NCBI GenBank assembly: GCA_017508465.1
Contig: JAFVYW010000065.1
Location: 1 to 42,450, forward strand
Origin: Clostridia bacterium
Lineage (GTDB): Bacteria > Bacillota > Clostridia > Oscillospirales > CAG-272
Length of the DNA stretch: 42,450 nucleotides
Direction: 5' to 3'
Part shown: piece by piece, positions 37,035-42,450 of the stretch
Layout: each line of letters opens with the position of its first letter
How positions within the stretch are numbered: position 1 is the stretch's first letter
Notes under the pieces: model-generated
Told to the model about the DNA's origin: nothing
Databases searched by the model: none
Seen by the model: the letters and a program-made list of their open reading frames with translations, nothing else
Position numbers and translations under genes: made by a program

Positions 37035-38747
37035 ATGAGAACTCTTGAATATGATGTGGATTTATGCGTTGTCGGTGGTGGGTTTGCTGGCGTTTGTGCT
37101 GCTATCAGTGCCGCAAGACACGGAATTTCCGTTGTTCTGATGCAGGACAGACCTGTTCTTGGTGGTAATGCTTCCAGTGAGGTCCGTATGTGGATTGGCG
37201 GAGCCAGTGGACGCGACAATCGTGAATGCGGTATTCTTGAGGAAATCGAGTATGAAAACTATTATCTCAATCCTCAACTTTCCTTCCCTGTCTGGGATAG
37301 TGTTGTTTATGCCAAGGTAAAGGCAGAAAAGAACATCACGCTTCTTCTCAATACCACTTGTATGGATGCGACAATGGCTTCAGACAATCGGATTGCGTCT
37401 GTAAAGGGCTGGCAATTAAACACGGAAACCTATCATATTGTCCGTGCAAAATATTTTGCTGACTGTTCCGGAGACTCTATTCTTGTTCCTCTTACTGGCG
37501 CTGCTTGTATGTATGGCAGAGAGGGTAAATCGGAGTATGGCGAGAGCATCGCGCCTGATGTTGCCGACAAGAAAACGATGGGTATGAGTTGCTTGTTCCA
37601 GATTCGCGAAACAGACCATAAAACAACCTTTATTAAGCCCGACTGGGCGTATACATATCCGAAAGACGATCCTATCATGCAGCTGCGCAAGCATTTTTCG
37701 AGCGAAGGCCTTGGCAGACATAACTGGTGGTGGATCGAGGTTGGCGGTATGCAGGATGCACTGCATGATGCCGACGAGTGTCGCGACGAGCTTCTGAAAA
37801 TTGTTTATGGTGTCTGGGATCATATTAAAAATCAGGACGACCATGGCGCAGATAACTGGGATATCGATTGGATTGGTTTCCTTCCTGGCAAGAGAGAAAG
37901 CCGACGCTATGTTGGTCGGTATATCGTCAATGAAAATGATGTTCTGGCAGAAGGCAAGCATTTTGACGATGCTGTGGCTTATGCTGGTTGGTCAATGGAT
38001 GACCACTTTCCGGAAGGCTTTTATTATATGGGCGGTTGCTCGACAATCTGGCATCCCGCACCTTCCCCCTGGCTTGTGCCGTGGCGCGCTCTGGTAGCGC
38101 GTGATATCGATAACCTGCTCTTTGCAGGACGCAATATCAGCGTTACACATGTGGCACTTTCCTCGACACGGGTTATGGCTACCACCGCTATGCTCGGTCA
38201 GGCACTCGGTACAGGTGTCGCACAAATGATCCATACAGATACCACGCCCGACACCATTGATATTCCTGCTCTGCGCCAGACACTGATGGCAGACGATTGC
38301 TATATTCCCTTCTATCAAAGAGAGGTTTCTCCTCTTTCTCTGAAAGCAAAATGTACGGCACCCGTCCTTCGCGACGGCATCGACCGCGGTGACGAGCATA
38401 TGTGGGTGGGAAAAGCCGGTGAAATCATATCCTACACCTTCGATAAACCGACGAAGTTAAGCGGTGTTCGCCTGATTTTTGATTCAGATCTCAACCGTGG
38501 TTGCTGGAACATGCCCTCGTCCTATCCTCTCGTACAAAAGAAGTATAAGGTTTCCCCCTTTATGATGCGTGAATTCTCCCTTGTATTCGAGCATGGAGAT
38601 GGCACTTTGACAACAAAAGTTTACAAAGAAAACAGAAAACGCTTTGTAGATATCAAAATTGACGAAACCTGCGTTTGTGTTTCACTCATTCCAATGAAGA
38701 CATATGGAAGCGAAGAATGCCACATTTTCTCTTTTGAAGTCAGATAA
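37035..38747 (+). CDS. FAD-dependent oxidoreductase (FAD_oxidored-like) with a C-terminal beta-rich domain
   Basis: Trimmed to MRTLEYDVDLCVVGGGFAGVCAAISAARHG (GxGxxG dinucleotide fold); GGAGG 5 nt upstream. Confidence 0.8.
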   Translation: MRTLEYDVDLCVVGGGFAGVCAAISAARHGISVVLMQDRPVLGGNASSEVRMWIGGASGRDNRECGILEEIEYENYYLNPQLSFPVWDSVVYAKVKAEKNITLLLNTTCMDATMASDNRIASVKGWQLNTETYHIVRAKYFADCSGDSILVPLTGAACMYGREGKSEYGESIAPDVADKKTMGMSCLFQIRETDHKTTFIKPDWAYTYPKDDPIMQLRKHFSSEGLGRHNWWWIEVGGMQDALHDADECRDELLKIVYGVWDHIKNQDDHGADNWDIDWIGFLPGKRESRRYVGRYIVNENDVLAEGKHFDDAVAYAGWSMDDHFPEGFYYMGGCSTIWHPAPSPWLVPWRALVARDIDNLLFAGRNISVTHVALSSTRVMATTAMLGQALGTGVAQMIHTDTTPDTIDIPALRQTLMADDCYIPFYQREVSPLSLKAKCTAPVLRDGIDRGDEHMWVGKAGEIISYTFDKPTKLSGVRLIFDSDLNRGCWNMPSSYPLVQKKYKVSPFMMREFSLVFEHGDGTLTTKVYKENRKRFVDIKIDETCVCVSLIPMKTYGSEECHIFSFEVR

Positions 38748-38759
38748 ATAAAAATACGC

Positions 38760-38805
38760 GAAGCTCCCGCTTTTCTTTTATTTAGGATGACGGGAGCTTC
38801 TTTTT
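38760..38805 (+). terminator. Intrinsic terminator
   Basis: GAAGCTCCCG (21-nt loop) CGGGAGCTTC followed by TTTTT. Confidence 0.7.
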
Positions 38806-38840
38806 ATGTAAAAATGCAATCATTTTATGTATCTGTGACA

Positions 38841-38868
38841 TTGACAAAATGAGAAAATGTGCTATAAT
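38841..38868 (+). promoter_or_regulatory. Sigma-A-type promoter for the Gfo/Idh/MocA gene
   Basis: TTGACA, 16 nt, TATAAT, with TGc extension. Confidence 0.55.
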
Positions 38869-38900
38869 AAAGGTGATAAAAAACTAAAAGGAGAAAACCA

Positions 38901-39953
38901 ATGACTACTGTTGCTGTTGTTGGCTGTGGCAGAATTGCCAACGGCTCTCATTTTCCCGCACTTTCCAAAATGGAAGATGTTCGTATCAAATACGCCTGCG
39001 ACCTGATACTTGAAAAAGCAGAGCGCGCAAAAGAAAAGTATCCGAAGATTGAACAGGTAATTACCGACTATCATGTGGCTCTGGCAGACGAAGAGGTGGA
39101 AGCGGTATTTGTTTTGACACCGAACTATACACACTATACCGTTACCATGGACGCTCTGCGCGCTGGCAAGCATGTATTTTGCGAAAAGCCCATTACCGTA
39201 AACTATGCACTCTCTCTGGAGATGGCAGAGGAAGCCAAAAAACAGGGACTTACCCTGAATATCGGTGTTTGCAACCGTTATCAGCGCTCGGTTGAAATTC
39301 TTCGCGAGATGATGGACGAAGGCAAATTCGGCAAGCCTTATCATGTGGTTTGTTCCTTCCGTCAATGCCGTTCCATTCCCGGCCTCGGTGGCGCATTCAC
39401 AACCAAGAGCGAGTCGGGTGGTGGCGTGCTGATTGACTGGGGTATTCACTTCCTGGATCTGATTCTCTATATTCTTGGCGCACCCGAGCTTCAAAGTGTC
39501 ACCTGTGACACCTATTGTGAAATGGCAAAGAATATGAAGGAATACAAGTATAAATCCATGTGGGCGGAGGATACCATGAATCTTGACGGCACAAATGATG
39601 TAGATGACTTTGTGACCGGTTATGTCCGCACCTCGCGCGGAAGCATTTCCTTCAATGGCGCATGGGCACAGAATCTTGAACAACATGAAATGTATATCGA
39701 CTTCCTTGGTGACAAGGGCGGTGTTCGTCTCGATTACTGTGGTCAGTTTACCTTCTTCGATGGCTCAACACTGGAAAGCACACGCTCCACACATGAAATT
39801 CCCGGCATGTATGAAAGAGAGGACCGCGCGTTTATTGAGTCCTTCCGTAGTGGCGTTCACGATAAGAACAATATTGAAAACATCCTTGACAGCATGAGAC
39901 TTTTGGATGCGCTCTATCAGTCGGCACAGAAACACGAGGAAATCCGTTTCTAA
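38901..39953 (+). CDS. Gfo/Idh/MocA-family NAD(P)-dependent oxidoreductase
   Basis: 350 aa; VAVVGCGRIANGSHFPAL Rossmann N-terminus and the conserved FCEKP motif. Confidence 0.85.
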   Translation: MTTVAVVGCGRIANGSHFPALSKMEDVRIKYACDLILEKAERAKEKYPKIEQVITDYHVALADEEVEAVFVLTPNYTHYTVTMDALRAGKHVFCEKPITVNYALSLEMAEEAKKQGLTLNIGVCNRYQRSVEILREMMDEGKFGKPYHVVCSFRQCRSIPGLGGAFTTKSESGGGVLIDWGIHFLDLILYILGAPELQSVTCDTYCEMAKNMKEYKYKSMWAEDTMNLDGTNDVDDFVTGYVRTSRGSISFNGAWAQNLEQHEMYIDFLGDKGGVRLDYCGQFTFFDGSTLESTRSTHEIPGMYEREDRAFIESFRSGVHDKNNIENILDSMRLLDALYQSAQKHEEIRF

Positions 39954-39991
39954 TAAAAAAGACGAAAGGTTCATAACCTTTCGTCTTTTTT
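39954..39991. terminator. Bidirectional terminator
   Basis: GACGAAAGGTT cat AACCTTTCGTC with an A-run and a T-run, between convergent genes. Confidence 0.85.
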
Positions 39992-39997
39992 ATCTTG

Positions 39998-41305
39998 TCA
40001 GATAATGTCAACAACACAGTCTGCGGTGATTTCAAAGGAAACACTGACGACGATACCATCACGAATGACTTCAAATACAACGGTATCGCCCGCGCGCGCC
40101 GCAAGCATTCGTTCGACAACATTGAAATTTCTTGTTACAGCGAGCTTTTCGCCATCTCCGATTTGAATGGAGGTGATAATATCTCCGACCAGAAGCTTAC
40201 CCTCGACGAGTGCGCCTTTGGTAATTTCAGCGATGACAACCTCCTCGATAATATGCACCTTGCCCGTTTCGGTATCATAGATGGTATGCGAGTTGGTATC
40301 CGAAGAAAGGGTGATGCCGATGGTGCTTCTCTTGGCACTTTCACTGCCCGTATCTTCATAGTGGATAATGTTTTCTGCAATCAGACGCGCCACATTTGAG
40401 GGGATGGCGTAGCCGATATTATCAATCGTGCTGGAGACGATTTTCGCATTGACAATACCAATCACTTCGCCGCGTTCGTTGAAGAGGCCACCGCCCGAGT
40501 TACCACCGTTTACAGCGGTATCGATGCGCATCAGACGCATTTCTGCAAGTGTGCTTTCGTCGGCGAGCGTCATGGTGACATATTCGCTATCGACATTGAT
40601 GTGTCCGACGGTCGCGGAAATACCGCTTGCCTCGGGATTGCCGATAGCAATTGCCGTCTCTAAAATCGTGACATCGTCGGAGTCTGCGAAGGTTGCTTCG
40701 ATGGCATTCGATTTACGCAGGATATCATTCGCGCGGACCTTCAGCACGGCAATATCATAAAGCATGGAACCGCCGACATATTCGGCAGGGATGGCATATT
40801 TTTCTTTTTCCATACCGTAAAGGAAGAGATCAATCTTGCTTGCAATATGGTTTTCTTCCATCGAGGATGCATTATAGACTACATGATAGTTTGTGATAAT
40901 GTACGCGTTGCCGGAAACCTTATCCTCTTCGGACATTCTGAATATGATGCCAGAGCCTGCCGCCTGTACCTCTTCGGTGGTCCAGTCGCGAATCGGACCA
41001 AATCCTATATACTGTTTCACGGTAAAGGTAGAGACAATGCTGACCGAGGAAAGAAGTCCCTTGCTCGCCGCGATAAGTGAGGAGGGCTCGGAGGAATTAA
41101 TAACGATGTCATTGACATCAAAATTGGTCTCGGTGCGGTCCTGTAATATCTGATTTAAGAGTTCTTCTAAATCTTCCTTGGAGTATTCTACAATTTCAAT
41201 CGGCTTATCCGTTTCGTCCTCAAAAGTGAAATCACAAGAGATAAGAGAACCAAAAGAAAATAAGAGAGAAAAACAAAGAAGCAGAGTTAAAATTTTTGTT
41301 TTCAT
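39998..41305 (-). CDS. HtrA/DegP-like S1C trypsin-type serine protease with C-terminal PDZ; lipoprotein signal
   Basis: Lipobox LISC. Catalytic triad context ITNYHVV, DIAVLKV and GNSGGGLFNERGEVIGI. PDZ-like GDIITSI...GDTVVFEVIRDG. Confidence 0.85.
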   Translation of the reverse strand: MKTKILTLLLCFSLLFSFGSLISCDFTFEDETDKPIEIVEYSKEDLEELLNQILQDRTETNFDVNDIVINSSEPSSLIAASKGLLSSVSIVSTFTVKQYIGFGPIRDWTTEEVQAAGSGIIFRMSEEDKVSGNAYIITNYHVVYNASSMEENHIASKIDLFLYGMEKEKYAIPAEYVGGSMLYDIAVLKVRANDILRKSNAIEATFADSDDVTILETAIAIGNPEASGISATVGHINVDSEYVTMTLADESTLAEMRLMRIDTAVNGGNSGGGLFNERGEVIGIVNAKIVSSTIDNIGYAIPSNVARLIAENIIHYEDTGSESAKRSTIGITLSSDTNSHTIYDTETGKVHIIEEVVIAEITKGALVEGKLLVGDIITSIQIGDGEKLAVTRNFNVVERMLAARAGDTVVFEVIRDGIVVSVSFEITADCVVDII

Positions 41306-41421
41306 AAGATGGTCCTTTCATAACCGTTTCCCAAAACCACAGGTTTTGTGTAAATATAGTATACAATAAGAATGTGAAGTTATTGTGACTAAAATCCGTA
41401 TTTCTTATAAATATTTTATAT

Positions 41422-41450
41422 TTGACAAATTTTAATATTTGTGGTAGAAT
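41422..41450 (+). promoter_or_regulatory. Sigma-A-type promoter for birA
   Basis: TTGACA, 17 nt, TAGAAT. The ORF-track start (41422) is the -35 box itself. Confidence 0.55.
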
Positions 41451-41475
41451 GAAAGAAAAAAAGGAGATCGGGCGA

Positions 41476-42231
41476 TTGACAGAGCATATAAAACAGGCGT
41501 TAGCCCCCTACCGTGTCGAGATTTTTGAAAAAATCGCATCGACAAACACCTATCTTTGTGAAGAGGCAAAGCATAAAAATATAGAAAAAACCATCGTCAT
41601 CGCGCGCGAACAGACAGGAGGCCGCGGGAGACGGGGCAGAAGCTTTCATTCCCCGAAGGATGCGGGACTTTACATGAGCCTGCTTTTGCCACTGGAAAGT
41701 GCTCCTAAAAGCGAGGGACTTACCCTCCGTGTTGGCGTCGCACTGTATCACGCCTTGAAAAAGGCGTTTCCCAAGTTGAAGCCGTCCCTGAAATGGGTAA
41801 ATGATATCTATATTAACGACAAAAAACTGGCAGGTATTCTGGTCGAAGGCGTAACGCGCCCCGATGGTGTATTCTGCGCGGTGGTTGGCATCGGTATCAA
41901 CCTCCTTCGCGCCTCCTTTCCAGAGGAGTTAGAGGGACGGGTGACATCCATCGAGAATGAGACAGGTGAGCGCATCCTGCCCCTTTCCTTTGCAGAGGAA
42001 CTTGTAAAGGCGCTTGATGACGCATGGAAATATCCCTTTTCGGATGTGATTGAAGTCTATCGTACACATGCATATCTTAAAGGAAAAAGTCTTCTTGTTC
42101 TGCCGCATGAAGGAGAAAAATATAGTGCGGAATATGTCGATATTGACGAAAATGGCTCTTTGATTGTAAAAAAAGAAAACGGTCAAATTGTTACTTTGTT
42201 TTCTGGTGATGTCTCTGTAAAACAACAATAA
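41476..42231 (+). CDS. birA: Biotin-[acetyl-CoA-carboxylase] ligase, group I (no N-terminal HTH)
   Basis: GRGRRGRSFHSP signature and KWVNDIYINDKKLAGILVE. TTG start with AAGGAG 9 nt upstream. The ATG at 41449 lies inside the -10 box. Confidence 0.8.
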   Translation: MTEHIKQALAPYRVEIFEKIASTNTYLCEEAKHKNIEKTIVIAREQTGGRGRRGRSFHSPKDAGLYMSLLLPLESAPKSEGLTLRVGVALYHALKKAFPKLKPSLKWVNDIYINDKKLAGILVEGVTRPDGVFCAVVGIGINLLRASFPEELEGRVTSIENETGERILPLSFAEELVKALDDAWKYPFSDVIEVYRTHAYLKGKSLLVLPHEGEKYSAEYVDIDENGSLIVKKENGQIVTLFSGDVSVKQQ

Positions 42232-42263
42232 TGACAACAAATATTTACAAAGGGGCTGAGTCA

Positions 42264-42323
42264 TTAAGAATTCAGCATTTTCGTGAAAATTCTTATTCAA
42301 TGCCAAAGTATGCTGAATTCTTA
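42264..42323. repeat. 14-bp perfect inverted repeat with ~31-nt loop
   Basis: TAAGAATTCAGCAT ... ATGCTGAATTCTTA. An outer CAAAGG/CCTTTG pairing extends it to 42249-42338. Confidence 0.6.
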
Positions 42324-42450
42324 GTGCGAAGCGCCTTTGGGGCTCGCTTAATTTAGAGCAGAAATCTTCGTTTGCGAACGATAGGCGTATATACATACGG
42401 CAAGTGAGCAAACGGAGATAGAACGAAAAACCTAAATAAAAAAAGAGAAA

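Noticed and set aside
41422-41475. Upstream starts for birA (TTG at 41422, ATG at 41449).
   Set aside because: 41422-41427 is the TTGACA -35 box, and 41449 lies inside the TAGAAT -10 box of a well-spaced promoter. The TTG at 41476 has an AAGGAG RBS.

Overview
This window is the replication-origin region of a Firmicutes (Clostridia-like, spore-forming) chromosome. The core is a minus-strand run of parA, parB, spoVAD-spoVAE, dnaA, dnaN, recF, remB-like, gyrB and gyrA.

The flanking genes are:
- rnj, trkA-trkH and rny
- an addA-like helicase-nuclease and truB
- an ACT/UPF0210 pair and a TIM-barrel isomerase
- two oxidoreductases, an HtrA-like protease and birA

No rRNA, tRNA or CRISPR array was recognised.

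The dnaA-dnaN spacer has a canonical oriC module: seven DnaA boxes, a GC clamp, a TAG/TAA DnaA-trio run and an AT-rich stretch. The rest of the origin neighbourhood is non-canonical:
- There are no DnaA boxes and no rpmH/rnpA upstream of dnaA. spoVA genes sit there instead, with spoVAC inverted.
- parA and parB are split by a 287-bp spacer holding five DnaA boxes.
- parAB point toward oriC.
- About 1.9 kb of ORF-free, AT-rich DNA next to parA carries three identical variant parS sites. This desert coincides with the local gene-strand switch.

The second theme is a REP/RAYT system. A Y1 (HUH) transposase-like gene is cut by the left edge of the window. About ten GTAG-headed GC-rich hairpins of two sequence types are present. 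Two unrelated small ORFs share the same 5' motif and the same ~200-bp terminator+REP 3' module, which looks cassette-like.

Other notable items:
- an XRE-HTH protein with an acidic E/V-repeat linker and a MinD-like C-terminal amphipathic tail, just downstream of gyrA
- a triple zinc-ribbon polytopic membrane protein divergent from an XRE regulator with two palindromic operators
- a 2 x ~122-bp tandem repeat between spoVAC and parB

All calls come from reading the sequence and ORF translations. No database search was run.
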